In this document: in pieces, positions 1-14,404 of the stretch | Position numbering within the stretch: the first letter of the stretch is position 1 | Layout of the letters: each line of letters opens with the position of its first letter | Assembly (NCBI GenBank): GCA_964016885.1 | Contig: OZ024742.1 | Location: 236,344,001-236,408,000 of the forward strand | Reading direction: 5' to 3' | DNA: 64,000 bases | Source: Eledone cirrhosa | Taxonomy: Eukaryota | The notes under the pieces: model-generated | Told to the model about the DNA's origin: nothing | Database searches by the model: none | The model's input: the letters and a program-made list of their open reading frames with translations, nothing else | Position numbers and translations under genes: made by a program

Positions 1-765
1 GGGATCGAACTGGGAAATTCATGATTGTAAATCGAACATTCGAACTATACGGTCACGTGCAAAGGCAAGACATTATTATTTTAGTAGAAGATATATATTT
101 CGAGTAGGCGGCGAAATGGCAGTATTCGTTCCAACTCTCTGCGCCCTGAGTTCAAAACCCGCAGAGGCCAACTTTACCCTTTATCCTTTCGAGGCCGATA
201 AAAGAAGTACCAATCCAGTACTGGTACCGATTACTTCCTATTTATTAATCTCTCTCTTTCACCCCTCTCTCTCTCCCTTTCCTTCTCATCCTGGAAGAAT
301 TCGGCTATTATGTGTCCATATGATTTTCGAGCAACTTCAAGACTACTGCTGGGTTTAGACTACATTGTAAAGCATTCTGTTTTGCAACATTCAATTCCTA
401 CCAGTAATATATGAAAGAATAACATGGTAGTGGATTGTCAGCGCGGCGGATAAAATGATTTGGAGTATTGTTACGGCACTTTACGTTCTGTGTTCAAATC
501 CCGCCCAGGTCAGCTTTGTCTTACAACCTTTCTTGGTCGACAAAATAAAGCAACAGTCAAGTATGGATCGGTTTCATCGACTCCCCAACCCAGCTACTGA
601 CCTTGTACCTAAATTTAAAATTATATATAAATGTATATAAGAAGATATGTAATTCGAAAGCTGCGACAATGCGAAAGGTGTGGTATGATTTAAGATTTAA
701 AAAAAGGCAACGAAGCTGCTCTGTGATATCTGTTCTTTATTCAAATACGACCTTAATTTTAGAGA

Positions 766-948
766 TAATTGTTTCTACTTTAGGCATAAGGCCAGCAATT
801 ACCCAGTGTATTACTGGTACTTTATTTTATCGACCCCGTAAGGATGAAAGGCAAAGTCAACCTCGGCGGGATTTGAACTCAGATCGTAAAGGGACGTAAC
901 TATGTTGGAAAGCATGGCGTCCGACCCTCTACCGATACTGCCAATCCA
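766..948 (-). mobile_element. tRNA-derived SINE with Nin-like central domain (young family)
   Basis: Consensus ggattggcagtatcggtagag (A-box like)...gagttcaaatcccg (B-box)...gactttgcctttcatccttacggggtcgataaaataaagtaccag...gcctaaagtagaaacaatta. Confidence 0.85.
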
Positions 949-1199
949 GAGATAATATCTCATCATCAGAAGTCGAAAATCTTGGAAAATAGAGAAAACG
1001 TTTTAGCTTGTATGTGCCATCTTTTCTTTCTGTTTATGCCATTACTCTCCGGAAGTGGTAGTAGGTGTGTGAGAAGTGTTAACGTATTTGTCTGTGCATG
1101 TGTGCGAATGTGTGTTTGTGAGTGTGTGTGCGTTTTTCCTTTTTTGAATTCAAAATTGTATCTATCAATTTACTTATTTTATTTTATATATTTATCTGT

Positions 1200-1990
1200 T
1201 ATTATTACTTTATATATGTGCCTGGCACAAAGAATGTTTATACATATACAAATGCAGGTATAATTGTATAATGGGTATTGCGTTGTTATGCAATGGGTAT
1301 TTTGTGTGTTATAGCTCTTGCATACATACATCTCTATACGAGTAAAGGAAAGATGCATTCGCACACCTGTACACATGCAGGCATATATGTATATCATCCA
1401 CTGTTACCAACCGAAGGTGGTGTTGTGCGTTAAGTTCTGGTAGGGAAGCAGGTATCTTGTGCCGGGCTGCGGCTTGCTGTTTGTGTGCCGTGCGTTTTCA
1501 TGTTTTAATGTGTTGCGTTTAGTGTTTTGTTTGTATTGTGTTTATATAAGTTATGATAGGCACTGTGCCAAAAATACATAGATGTGTTATTATTGTACAA
1601 TGGGTTTTGTTATGTAATGGGTATATTGTGTCGGTCTGTAGCTTGTCGTTAGTGTACTGTGTGTTTACATGTTAAATGTGTTGTATGATTAGTGTTTTGT
1701 TTATGTCTTGTGTTGGCGGTGTGTTGGGTTGGTTAAGTTAGGAATTATGTGTTAAGTTCTGATCTGCTATTGATGTGTGTTATATGTTTGTTAATGATAA
1801 TCGCCTCCTTAATTCTAATATTTCCTAAGTTTCGATCTCTAGCCTCAATCGTAACTGTTATGTTTTTGTTGTTTCTGCATTTGTCTATGTGTTTCTTGAA
1901 GGATGAAGCGTGTGTATCTAAGTGTTCCTTAATGCGGATATGTAGTGGTCTGATAGTGTTACCAATGTAAAAGTTCCTGAATTTATCACA
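1200..1990 (-). mobile_element. Penelope-like element 3' fragment (GIY-YIG endonuclease C-terminus plus A/C-rich 3' UTR)
   Basis: Minus-strand 1990-1745 translates CDKFRNFYIGNTIRPLHIRIKEHLD...NIRIKEAIIINKHITHINSRSELNT*. This carries the YIG.T.R...R..EH and EA..I....IN motifs. It is absent from the ORF track because it has no ATG. Confidence 0.8.
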
Positions 1991-3330
1991 TTGAATGAGA
2001 GGGTCATGGGGGCAGAACCCTCAAACACGCCCTCCAGCAGGTCCTGTCAGAAGCAATCATCTCCAACTGATCCGGCAAGATCCCCAAGCGTGACCAGCCA
2101 AGCTCATGGATGGTATCCAACCATCTTGCTGGAGGTCTACTCCTGGTTCTCTTGCCGGTTGGTTTTCCTGTAAAATCTGTCCAGGGATTCTTTCCTGACA
2201 CATTCTAACAACATATCCATAGTAACGGAGCTGTAATCACTCAATTCCGAAAAGTAGCGGCTCTACTTGGAGTGATTCTCTGATCTCCGAGCTACGCACT
2301 CTATCGAGTAACGTTACTCCAAAGACCCTTCGGAAGAACCCCATTTAAGCCACCTGTATTCACGATCGTATTCTTTCGGTCATTACCCAAGATTCATGAC
2401 CATAGGTAAGCTGGCGTATTACTGCACCAGCTCCTGCAATTCTTGCTCTTAATTCAGCATCTTGCCTTCCATTATTCGTGAACAGGGCCCCGAGATACTT
2501 GAACTCCTCTACCTGCTTCAGTGGAACTCGATTTACACTTAGAGTGCATTGCGCATGCTTCCTTGAGAGGACGGGCGTCTCAGTTTTCGCAGCATTGATT
2601 TTCCTTCCAGCCATGCAGCACTCGACATCAAACCTATCGAGTGCAAGTCAGAGATCACCTTCTGTCGAGTTAAGTGACACCATGCCGTTTGCAAATTCCA
2701 GCCGACTGTTTTTACACCCGCCAGTTATGATACAACTTCCAACCCGGCTGCACATGTCAATCCTGTTCATGTACATAATGAACAGGAGATGTGACAGTGT
2801 GCACCCTTGGCTGAGTTCAACTCCTACATTGAATGGTTTCGATTTAGCACCATTTATCCGAATACGAATACTCGGGCAAGAAGCTGACCATCAATCCCAA
2901 ACTCCTACACAGCCTTCCACAGCAGTTCCCGGGGAACGTTGTCATATGTTTTTTCGAGGTCTACAAAACAAGAATATACCTCTTGGCAATGCTCACACGA
3001 TTTCTTGAAAACCTGCCACAGTGTGAATATTTGGTCGGCCGTGCTGCGGCCGGGGCGAAGACCACACTTTCATCAGCTAGCTTGGAAATGATCATCTCCA
3101 TTCATCTCTTTGTTAGACACTTACCATAGACTTTACCGGGGAAGCTTAACAAGGAGATCCCTCTGCAATTGGAACAATCTCTCTTGTCTCCCATTTTGAA
3201 AATTTGTATTATCACTCCTGATTGCCGTTGTTTAGGTGCCTTTCCAGAGATCCAGACCACCCGGCACCTACGAGTCAGCCAGAGAATAATTTCTCTACTT
3301 AAGACTTTTAACATCTCGGGACGGATTTCA
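1991..3330 (-). mobile_element. Degenerate RTE-clade LINE (Expander/Rex3-like), RT to C-terminus
   Basis: Fragments IFKMGDKRDCSNCRGISLLSFPGKVY, KQVEEFKYLG, TYGHESWVMTERIRS and PTGKRTRSRPPARWLD...LGILPDQLEMIASDRTCWR; multiple frameshifts. Confidence 0.85.
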
Positions 3331-3508
3331 TACATATACATAAATAAATGGTTGTTGAAATAAAGTTAGAAATAAAACTACAAAAATAAAAATATAAACG
3401 AGGAGAGAGGTGAGTGGTCCGGCTTTCTGGTGTGGGCGGGTGGTGGTGGCAGAGGTGCAATGGGTGTTTGGGATAGGTGGGGTGCACATTACGGTGCGTT
3501 TTTTTTTT

Positions 3509-3541
<33 letters not shown>

Positions 3542-5907
3542 GCATATATTCCTCAGTCTGTCACCTCTTTATTTTATACTACCTCAGTTTATTACCTCTT
3601 TCAAGATATTTCATTCTGGAAAATGTATTTCAATTCACACACACACACACACACAGACACAGACACACAGACACACAGACACACACACACACAGACAGAC
3701 ACACACACACACAGACAGACACACACACACACACACACACACCCACACACACACCCACACACCCACACACACATATATATATATATACACACACACACAC
3801 AACATACAAACATATTTTTCATCTGTTTATTTATTTATTGCCTTTTTATTTGTCTGTGTTTATCTTCTTCTTTCTCCTTATTTTTTCATTCTCGTTCTAT
3901 TTCTTGTTCCTCATCTTCTTTATTCCTTCACAAATCGTAAAACAATTGAAATAGTGCGAATATTTTTACGACTTTCTTGGAGACTGTTTTATTTCAAGCG
4001 TCAAACTTAGCTTGGAAGTTAAGAATTTTCACTCTCATTTATATCAAATCGTAAATCGACCGCTAGACCTGTAAAATGGCACATTTAGACATTAAATGGG
4101 GGTGTTGTTGTAGAAGGTAGAAGTGGGGTTGGCTAGGCATTGGTAGAAATAAAATAAAAATAAAACAACAACAATAATAACAACAGCAGCAGCAACAGCA
4201 ACAATGATAACAACAACAGCAACATCGACAATCATAACAACAACAACATCAATATCGATATCAATAGCATCGGCGATTACAACGACAACAACAGCGTCGA
4301 CAACAAGAACATCAACAATAATAGCATCAACAATAGCATTGTCATTAGCAACAACAAAATCAATATTGGCTATAACAACTACAATAGCATTCTCAACAAC
4401 AACAATAGCATCGGCAACAGTAACAACAGCATCAATATCGCCAAAATCAACTATTGGATCGTCAAGTATGAAATTTGTAGAAATTTTATTTTTTTCCTAC
4501 AAATTTCTACACATTTCATACTTGACGATCCAATATAATAACATCGGCAATATCATCATCATCATCATCATCAACAATAACATTATCAAGAGTATCAACA
4601 ACAACAACAACAACAACAGTATCATCATCATGAACAACAACAAAATCAGTAAGTATATGTCGCATGGGATCACATAGCATTGGAGTATATTCTCCCATTT
4701 ATGGTAATAATTTCTTTGAAACGAAGAATTAATTGAGGAATATGGCGATTGTCGTAGAAAACCAAACTAAATTATATGCAGTATATAGATTCAAATCCCG
4801 CTGAAGTTGACTTAAAAAACTATGGCTAGCTGATCAACAATTTTTAATTGTGTGAGAAATGTAAAATACGATAGCAATAAAGCTTTGTTGAAATTGGTCA
4901 TTGCAAAAATACGTTATCACAAAACGGATTTAACAAAGCGCGATTCTTCAGCTAAGTATAACAATTACCAAACATACGTAGCCAATCTCTTGGACTTTTA
5001 CGAAGCGCTGAAGACCCTCAGAGAGGGGGGAAAAAGTTGCCATAGAGGTTCCTCGTAACCACCGATGTTAACTTCTTTTTCCGCCTCTAAGGATCTTCAC
5101 CTTATTTTGTAAGATATTTTATAGCATCTCCGCGCATGAGCACAAAACGTTTTATAAAAAATAGCGTTGTAATGATCTCAAAATCATATCCAAACTATCA
5201 AAGCCGTTTTTATTATTCATAAAATATTATGTAAGGCGGTGAAGTGATGGAATCGTTAGAACGCCGGACAAAATGGCTTATACCGTTTAGTTCTGACCTT
5301 TTATGTTCTAGTTCAAATCTCGCTGAGATCAGATTTGATTTTTATTCTTCCGGGGTCGATATAATAATGTACCAGTAAATTACTTGGGCCTTGTGCATAT
5401 GTCAGAAACATTAATTAGAAAAATAGAATTAGAACAATTCTTTCACCATCAATTACAGATGATTTGAAACTGCAAAAAACAAAATGTAAACAACTGTTAT
5501 TGATTCGTCCTTTTGAAAGAACCAACTGAAAATATCAGTAACAGTACGTGTTTCTTGATTTTGAACAAGTCAATTAATTCTGTGAAAAGTATCTATGTGT
5601 GTTTGTGATAAAAATTACAGTAAACGACGAAATAATTTTGTATGGTTAATTTCTGTTACAAAAATCAATGCTGAAGTGTTGTAACAATTAGTGGAAAAGT
5701 TTTTTTACTAATGTGTGAATTAATATTAAATGTTTACTTATTTCGTGACGATAACATTTTTCTTTACATGTTAATGAAATTAGATAATGGAAACATGATC
5801 CCCATAAAATTAATTTGCCACTCCCCTTCTTCCCCCTCTCTCAATTTAGCATGCTCCCATGCCGTTGAAGAATAATTACCTGGTTCCACAGATTTGCGTT
5901 GTCTACA

Positions 5908-6532
5908 TCTATATATTACTAGGACTGTGTGATTGCTTGCTTGCTTGTCTGTAATGTAATACAGCCAAAAGGGCCCATAATTGGAAAATACTTTGAAAGA
6001 AAGTTGTCCCTGAAATGGGAATACAAATGGAATGAAACAAGTTTCGCGTAAATCGGACCACGGGTTCCCGAGATATGAGGTTTTTCCGGGTACCTTTATA
6101 AATAGAGAGAGAGAAGGATAGAGAGAAAGAGATAGTAGTTGGGAGAGAGTAGATTGATTGAGAAACATAGAGAGGGAGAGAGAAGGAGACAGAGAAGGAG
6201 AATGGAAGAGAGAGAGAGAGAGCCGGTGGAGGTGTTGTGTATATATATATGTGTGTGTATATGTGTGTGTACGTCTATGACCAGTGTATATAGATCACAG
6301 ACACCCACTTACATATACATACACACACATACACATATATATATATGTATATAAACACACACATTTATATATATACATACACACAGGAATATATATTGGC
6401 CTTCTAGTTTCATTTAACATTATATACATGTCTGTGTATATTTTAATTATCTAAAAATTATTTTTAAGTGAACATGATTTAAAAAATAATATTTTGAAGT
6501 GAACGTGACCCAACTGGTCACGGGTGGTCTAG
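5908..6532 (+). mobile_element. Non-autonomous Helitron-like element
   Basis: A|TC start, subterminal hairpin CGTGACCcaactGGTCACG, and CTAG|T end. Confidence 0.65.
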
Positions 6533-7894
6533 TTGAAATATATAAAATTATCAACCATGACGAGAAGCCATTGAAAATCATATCTAAATCTCTCAGGTAC
6601 AAGACGGTTAGCGGGAAGTAACTGAGGAAAAAAGCATTCTTAGTCAGAAGGACATATTAAAACATAATATGTCCCTCTGGTGTACAGTGCATTTACAGAG
6701 TCGTTAAAGCGTAAGTATTTATTCCGGCTTTCAACGAGTTTAAAACTCGCTGATCTCAACTTTGATTTTCATCCTTTCGGAGTCGATAAATAAAGCAGTC
6801 CATGGCAGTGGATTAGTGGAACTTTTAAAGTGTCGGCAGGAGGCTCTGCTGTATCCGATCCGGTTGAGTACTTTCTTAGTTCAAATCCCACCAATCCACT
6901 TCTAGGTGTTGCAACCAGCAACAGAAAGACTAATGGAAATATAGTTTTGTTTGTTTGATCTGATGATCAACTCCTTTCCTTATTTTCCTTTTGGTATGGC
7001 GTATCTAGTTGTGACAAGTATTATGCTATGAATTCACATACAACTAATGAACATTTTGATCAAATTAGAGACGACGTATATAAACAAGTTCATCACAAGG
7101 AATCATGATCCGCTCACCATCTTGTATGTAGTTCAATTTATTATTTGTTCTGCTATTTTGCATTGCTTCTAATAGGTTGTTTTACAAATGTCACTTTATT
7201 TCTTCGGCTATATGTACAATTTAAACATTATAGATGCTCTAGTATACTTTTCTCCTATACCAATATATAACTTTTTATTTTATCTTGGATGGGCGTTTGC
7301 CATAGACATCAAGGATGTAACCCAGAGTGAATCAATTGTTTTGTTTACATGACTTCTAGAAGAACGGTCTTTTGTTTGTTGATATCGTAAACCTCACTAT
7401 CTGAAATGTTTGGTTACAGGAAATTTCGAGGGAGATTTTGTCGCGATTTTGTTTTCATGGAAGGAGCGTAGAATTCCTAATTTCTCTAAAAAAAATCTGC
7501 CTAGGCTTGCACCTTCGATATAAACCTGATATTTTGTTTATCTTGAAATAATATTACGATATAGTCAGAGAAAAGGATTTCCTAAAAGATTCCAGGGGCT
7601 TTCAAATAGCTCTTATAATGAGGGATGACAGGATCATAGCTTTGCGAGTGAAACACTACGATGTGTTTAGATTTCAAATTCTGAATCATAAATGAACATG
7701 TGATACTATAAATTGAAAGTTCATTTATAGTGTTACTTGGGTTACATTAGTTTCGGAGATGATCTGAGATTTGATCTGAGATTGTGTGCTGGGACTAAAA
7801 AAATTGCATTTTGGCAGTCATTGTAGACATGCACAAACACATGCGCCGGCATATTTATTTATTTATTATTATTATTAGTATTATTATTGTTATT

Positions 7895-8321
7895 GTTCTT
7901 TGAGTCTCAGTCATTGATGTTAGTTAACTGGAAAGTTTGTTGAAATGAATATCAAGCCACTACCTGCAGCCTCAGATATTCAGGACGTATCGGAGGGTTC
8001 TTGCTGTTCCCAGCAAGCATGCCTTTTGAAGCGTTCCAAAAAGCGTGGAGGGGCCAATTTTCTTTAACCATCCCTGGAAACTTTTTGAGATAGTCCCTAG
8101 TGCGCCTATGACAATCGGGATCACTTTGACTTCATGGCAGTTCCAAATCCTTTTTACCTCCCACTTTAAGTCCTGGTATCGGTTAATTTTCTCCCTCTTC
8201 TTCTCTTGCACTCTCGTGTCGAATGGGCAGGCCACATCCACAATCAGGCACGATCTTTTTTCCTTGTCCAAAACCACCAGGTCAGGTCTATTGTGTTCCA
8301 GTTTCTTGTCCGTCGGTATCC
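7895..8321 (-). mobile_element. 5'-truncated R4/Dong-clade non-LTR element (restriction-like endonuclease) inserted in (TAA)n
   Basis: NRPDLVVLDKEKRSCLIVDVACPFD...KINRYQDL...VIPIVIGALG...LQKACLLGTARTLRYVL is the PD..D REL domain. (TTA)n flanks both sides. Confidence 0.85.
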
Positions 8322-8353
<32 letters not shown>

Positions 8354-8369
8354 GTTATTATTATTATTA

Positions 8370-8978
8370 GGCAGTATCGGTAGAGCGTCGGACGCCATGC
8401 TGTGCAGCATAGAGTTACGGCTGTTTATGATCTGAGTTCAAATCCCGCCGAGGTTAACGTTGCCTTTCATCCTTACGGTGTCGATAAAATAAAGTACCAG
8501 TAATACACTGGGATAATTGCTGGCCTTGTGCTAAAAGTAGAAACAATTATTATTAATAATTGTTTCTATTTTAGGCACAAGGCCAGCAGTTTGAAGGGGT
8601 GGGGAATGTCGATTAAAATCGACGCCAGTGCATTACTGGTACTTCATTTTATCAACCTCGTAAAGATGAAAGGCAAAGCTAACCTCGACGGGATTTGAAC
8701 TCAGACCGTAAAGGGACGTAACTATGCTGAAAAGCATGGCGTCCGACCCTCTACCAATACTGCCAATTCACCGCCCTTTCTTATATAGGCACAAGGCCAA
8801 CAATTTTTGGGGGAGGGAAAAGTCGATGAAATTGACTCCAGTGCGTGACTGGTACTTTAATTTATCGACCCCGTAAGGATGAAAGGCAAAGTTAACCTCG
8901 GCGAGATTTGAACTCAGATCATAAAGGGCCGTAACTCTATGCGTCAAAGCATGGCGTCCGACCCTCTACCGATACTGT
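8370..8978. mobile_element. Cluster of three SINE copies (8370-8550 +, 8557-8775 -, 8780-8978 -)
   Basis: Matches the SINE consensus; head-to-tail and tail-to-tail, joined through ATT-rich tails. Confidence 0.85.
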
Positions 8979-10769
8979 CTAATGGCTTCTAATATAGGTA
9001 AACGCGATAAAGTGTTGGGAGGTGAAAGGGAATAAAATTGCCCCCAGTGATGAAGTATTTGTTTTTGATGATGATGATGATAATACACATATTCGCATCC
9101 ATTCAGCCACCCGTCCACTCATCCACCTATATATATACATATGCATGTCTATGCATAGATACATACACACACACACACAAATATATGCATACATGTATAA
9201 ATACATGCATACATATATACATAAACACATAGTTACTTCCAACCAGCCATACATATATATATATCCATCCATCCATACATACATATATACATACATCCAT
9301 ACATACATATATATATATATACATACATTAAGCATTTAATTCCATTTCGTATATTCGCGCCTATTTATTTATTTATTCATCTTATTTATTTGCCATAATC
9401 ACCGCCGAAGAATTAGTATGCCTATAATTTTTGTGGAGTGTTCTTTGATTTTTACAACCACTGTACTCGGGTCACGTTATCAGATAACTCTAAAGAAGTG
9501 CCCTGCCTTCACCGCGTTGGCTTATAATTGGTACTTGATCCTCTCTGGGTGGGCTAAAAGTAGGAGGGAGAGTTTGTCTAAACCTTTTAACTATTTAACA
9601 CACTATCATGTATTTTACAATCGTAAATTCTAGCGACGCCGTTTCTTCTAGCCATGCTTTTATTCGGTTTTATTGAAAGTACATAAAAATGTTTTTTTAC
9701 GGAGAGATCAGATTACTTACTGAAAAAGAAAAAAATCCTGGATTTATTTCCAAAAGTAGATTTCTTCAGTGAAAGGTATTGTTTTTGTTATTAGTATTTT
9801 TATAAATATATTTTGACTATTAGACCTGCATTTTATTTCAGAGTAGTACTTACTGTTTAGTAAGTGATACTGTCTGAGATCTCGTATTGAAACTAAAGCA
9901 AATATATCGTGCAAGAGTCAATTTAGCTCTTCAAGGAGCTGATCATTAGATCGAACCAAGGAAATAATATTTCCATTAGACTTTCCATCGTTGATACTAT
10001 CTACCAGTCACAACTACTAGTAGAAGGAGGAGATTTGCACTAAAAACACAACCAGCCTGAACAGATATGGCAAAGCATTCAATCCGACACTTTAAACATG
10101 CTACTAATCCATCGACCCTGTCGACTCCAAAGAATAAAAAGCTAAACTGATCTCGGCGAGATTTGAATTGAGAGCGCAATGAGCTGAAGCAGGGATGTAT
10201 TAATGAGTCAGCCAAATTCACCACTAAAAAGACAAACAAGTAACCCCCCCCCCCAAAAAAAAAATCAAAGAGAAACAAACACACACTAAACTATTCACTT
10301 TACATTTAGCATTTATTTGTTGGTATCAATGTATTGTTAGGGTCAATGACCATGTTACCAACAGGGCGACGAAGATTTTTGACACGAAAAAGTAAATAAT
10401 AAAGGTAAAATGAATTTAATAGTTTTGGGCTTTTTTTGAATAGATAAAAAAGCTCGTAAGAAAGTCTAATACCTTGATGCAAATCATTTGTAAAGCCAGC
10501 CAAAACAATTATTAAATCATTTAATCCAACACCAGGAATCCCAAATCAATAAGACAATAGAACCGTGTGGAAATGGAAGCACCAATCGAAACATAAATTT
10601 TAAATATCCGAAGCCGCTTATGAAAGTATTGAAGACAAGAAAACACACTTCGATCTTCCGACATGGAAGAGGCTCCTACAGAAGAAACCGAATCATCATT
10701 TTTCTTACCTGTTGCACAAACCTGGCTGGACACAGGACACTGCACACACATTCTAAACGTTCTATGACA

Positions 10770-11572
10770 TCAAGTCCCCCCAACGCACTTGGGATGCTAT
10801 TCAGTGCAGCCTGGCCTCAGACAGGCTCACGCGCCAGCTCGACCAGCACCGCCTTGCTTGTTTTCGTGCGGCCTCCAAACCCCACAGAGGTGCCTGGCTC
10901 CATGCCCTGCCTTCCTTCTCCACTGATACGCAGCTAGGCAACCATAGCCTGCGAATCGGCGTTTCCCTGAGGCTCGGCCTCCAGATCTGCCAGCCACACT
11001 AATGTCGCTGCGGTTCCACCGTGGACTCTTTCGGCCTCCATCCGCTTTTCTGTCGCCACAGTGCCGGCCACATTCCACGCCATACTGCCCTCAACGAGGT
11101 CATTAAGCATGGCTTGGACGCTGCAGGCTTCTCTTCCCAGCTCGAGTCGGTGGGGCTGGATTGAGGGGACGGCAAAAGGCCAGATGGCATGACCATCTTC
11201 CCGTTCAGCGGTGGCAAACCCTTCGTCTGGGATGCCACTTGCATCGACACTTTCTACAGCCGCAACCTGATGCAGTCTGCGACTGACCCAGGTTCTGCTG
11301 CACGTCGGGCTGAGGAGGCCAAACTCCTCAAATACCGGTCGCTCTCCGACAGGTTTGCGGTCGTACCCCTGGCAGTAGAGACTTCTGGTGTCCTCTGCCC
11401 TAGGGCTACCTCCTTACTCACCACCATAGGCGCTGAGCTGGCCAGCCGCAGGTGTGAGCCCCGCGAGTTGGAGTGGCTTTTCCAGCGCGTCTCCCTTGCC
11501 GTCCTCCGGGGAAACGCCTTCTCGATTCTGTCCGCCGGGGCTGTGGGTGGGCCCCATTACGTACCATTGTAG
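10770..11572 (+). mobile_element. CRE-clade non-LTR element 3' part (CCHC finger plus REL endonuclease), pseudogenised
   Basis: GAWLHALP...LRLG...CRCG....D..GLH.L.C...RHTALN, then GDGKRPDGMTIFPFSGGKPFVWDATCIDT...KLLKY...PLAVETSG...LFQRVSLAVLRGNAFSIL. GC-rich island with in-frame stops. Confidence 0.8.
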
Positions 11573-11871
11573 TTGTTGTATACAGAAATTAACTCATCAA
11601 TCCCATTGTTTATATATAATATCGTCTTTTCTTTATTATACTATATTTGCCTATATTTTGTATGATAGTGAAATTAAGATATTATATCGTTCATGCTTTT
11701 CCCATTATCAATGTGTCTGAATTGAAATTGATTCAATTAGTAAATAAAACATTTTGATTACATGATGTATGAATGGTTTAAATTCCTGTGGAGATCGATG
11801 TATGGTAGATTGAAGTGGGTTGAGTTATCCTGATTAAACAATGATCGGACGATATTATAATGTAGAAACAA

Positions 11872-12050
11872 TGGCAGTGGAGACTTTTGGTGTCCTTGGC
11901 TCAAGGGCTACCTCCCTACTTACCACCATAGGTGCTGAGCTGGCCAGCCGCAGGTGTGAGCCTCGCGAGATGGAATGGCTCTCCAGCGCATATCCCTTAC
12001 CGGGGAAACGCCTTCTCCATTCTGTCCGCCGGGGCTGTGCGGATGCCAGC
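11872..12050 (+). mobile_element. Second CRE-like 3' fragment
   Basis: Near-copy of 11370-11545 (MAVETFGVLGSRATSLLTTIGAELASRRCEPRE). Confidence 0.8.
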
Positions 12051-12434
12051 ACGTAGGACCCCATTTGTTCAGCATACAATGCAGAGAGATGGAGAGGGCG
12101 AGAGAGATGGAGGCGATGACAGTGGGAGTTCGGCTATTCCACGTTCGGACCATATTCTTGTGGTTGTGTTCATTAAGCAGTCAATGAGTCTGTTTATGTA
12201 AAGACATAGGTACTCATTATCTACTAACATTTCTAATATCAGGTCGTAACTGGATGTGGACTGGGCTGAATGGTGTTAGGATGGTCGGTGTGTGTGTCAG
12301 AGCTTGAGGTAGGTGTGGAGATAACTAGTGTTGAGAGTTCATAATATTAAACACTTCAGCCTGTCTCGATTCCTGCGAGACAAATAGAATAAGAGATACA
12401 GAAGTCATTGAAGTCAGAGTGGACTATGACTTAA

Positions 12435-12469
<35 letters not shown>

Positions 12470-13108
12470 AATCGTCGTCCTCAAACTGGAACACAAATGC
12501 TTGCAACATAGTAGAGTTCAAATCCCGCCCAGGTCAACTATGCTTTTAATCATTTCGAGCTCGTAATAAAGTGTTTAGGTTTATTTCATTCACTAACTCT
12601 CTTTCTCACGCCCTCTCCTTCTCCACCTCTCTCTTTCTTTTTTCTCTCTCATCTCAGGAAGAAATAGGCTGTATTCAGATCTGGAGAGGAGATGGGCTTC
12701 GCCAGGTTTTAAAATGCCTAAGATACGACATATGTTACAATGGCAACGCTACGATACCATCAAGAGTCACAGATCTATGCGTACGAAGAAATAGACGTCA
12801 AGTTAAAACTTCTCAGGTACGAAAAAAGACTGGGAAGAGAAGAGAAGAGAAATGACGTGACGTCACCGTCGTTTCTCTTCTCTCTTTTCTACTCTTACTG
12901 TTAGCGTTACCCTTAATGTTGGTGTTGTTGTTGTTGTTGTTGGTGTTGGTCTATTAATGATGTAAGAGGAATGAAATGAGTTGAACAACTATTAATGGGA
13001 AACGGTTCACAGACTCCATGTAATAAACTCCATCAGCGCCATACTTAATATATTTTACATGAAAAGGTAAATTGACCATAGCAAGGCTACTACAACTGCT
13101 GGTGGTGG

Positions 13109-13152
<44 letters not shown>

Positions 13153-13504
13153 AATGAAGTCAGTTTACATGAATTATTGGTTCTATAACCATAATTGCTT
13201 TTCTTACTGATAAGTTTTATCTAGCTGCAATCATTATCAGGGATAATGTTACCATACACTCCTTCACTACGACAGACAGATTTAAACGCGCACCAAGGCC
13301 AACACCAACACCACTCTAACCAGTGCTACCATCACAACCACAACCACAACCACAACCAACACCAACACCACCACCACTTCACCAACATGGTTCCAACCAA
13401 TGCTGTCAAAACCGGCTCAAATACTACCACTGCTGATCCAACCAGTGCCACTACAACCCCTCTCCCACCACAACTAATATCACAACCAGCAACATCACAC
13501 CACA

Positions 13505-13810
13505 AGCACCACCACCACTAACCTCCACCCCCAATCACCACCACCACTACCCCCCCCCCCCCCAATCACCACCACCACTAACCCCCCACACCCCACCCAC
13601 CCACTAACCCCCACCCACAATCACCACCACCACTAACCTCCACCCACAATCGCCACCACCACTGACCCCCACCCACAATCACCACCACCACTAACCCCCA
13701 CCCACAATCACCCCCACCACTAACCCCCACCCACAATCACCCCCACCCACAATCACCACCCCCACGAACCCCCACCCACAATCACCACCACCACTAACCC
13801 CCCACCCACC
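13505..13810. repeat. About 28-bp C-rich tandem repeat (G-quadruplex-prone on the minus strand)
   Basis: Repeats of ccacccacaatcaccaccaccactaaccc. Confidence 0.8.
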
Positions 13811-14088
13811 ATTACCATAACCACCATTACCTCCGCAGCCGCTGCTACCACTACCACCACCATCAACAGATAATGAAATATAATTGACTTGAAGTATGTG
13901 TTAGTTAACAGCAACATGTAACACCAAAGCCGAACATTCTCCTACTTTTCAACGCCAATTGCTTCTCTACTTAGTTTATATCCCGGTGCTATTCCATCGT
14001 CAGTAACTTCTGCATGTGTGGGCTTTTATTACAGTAACACTGATCTTTAAGGGATTAGCTAACCTAAATAAGATTGATTGCATACACT

Positions 14089-14151
<63 letters not shown>

Positions 14152-14189
14152 ACACTCATACATACACACACATATGTCTGTGTGTGTGA

Positions 14190-14400
14190 AGACGCGCGGT
14201 TCAGTGATTAAGGTTTTCAGATCATGATCTCAAAGTCTCAACTTCGATTCCCGCGGTTTGGTGTGTCTCTGAGTAAGACAATTTATTTTTCACTTTACTC
14301 CAGTCTACCCACCTGGCAAAAATGTTCCTGCAATTCAAGGGGTCAGCCGTGTCGCACACAGTATCACGCACATTTTTTTACGTGCCGTGTTCACGTTTGT
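14190..14400 (+). mobile_element. Older tRNA-headed SINE of a second family (also 1-60 and 38910-39170, minus strand)
   Basis: A/B-box-like head (gcgcggttcagtgattaag...cttcgattccc) followed by ctgagtaagaca..ttattttcac..tactccagtc.accca. Confidence 0.55.
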
Positions 14401-14404
14401 GGTG

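Noticed and set aside
766-948. tRNA genes at SINE heads
   Set aside because: A/B boxes are present, but there is no cloverleaf and each continues into the SINE body.
4204-4677. 157-aa Thr/Ile/Asn-rich ORF
   Set aside because: Translation of a degenerate (AAC/ATC)n tract.
13505-13810. Interstitial telomere
   Set aside because: Contains CTAACCC once per unit but no tandem (CCCTAA)n.
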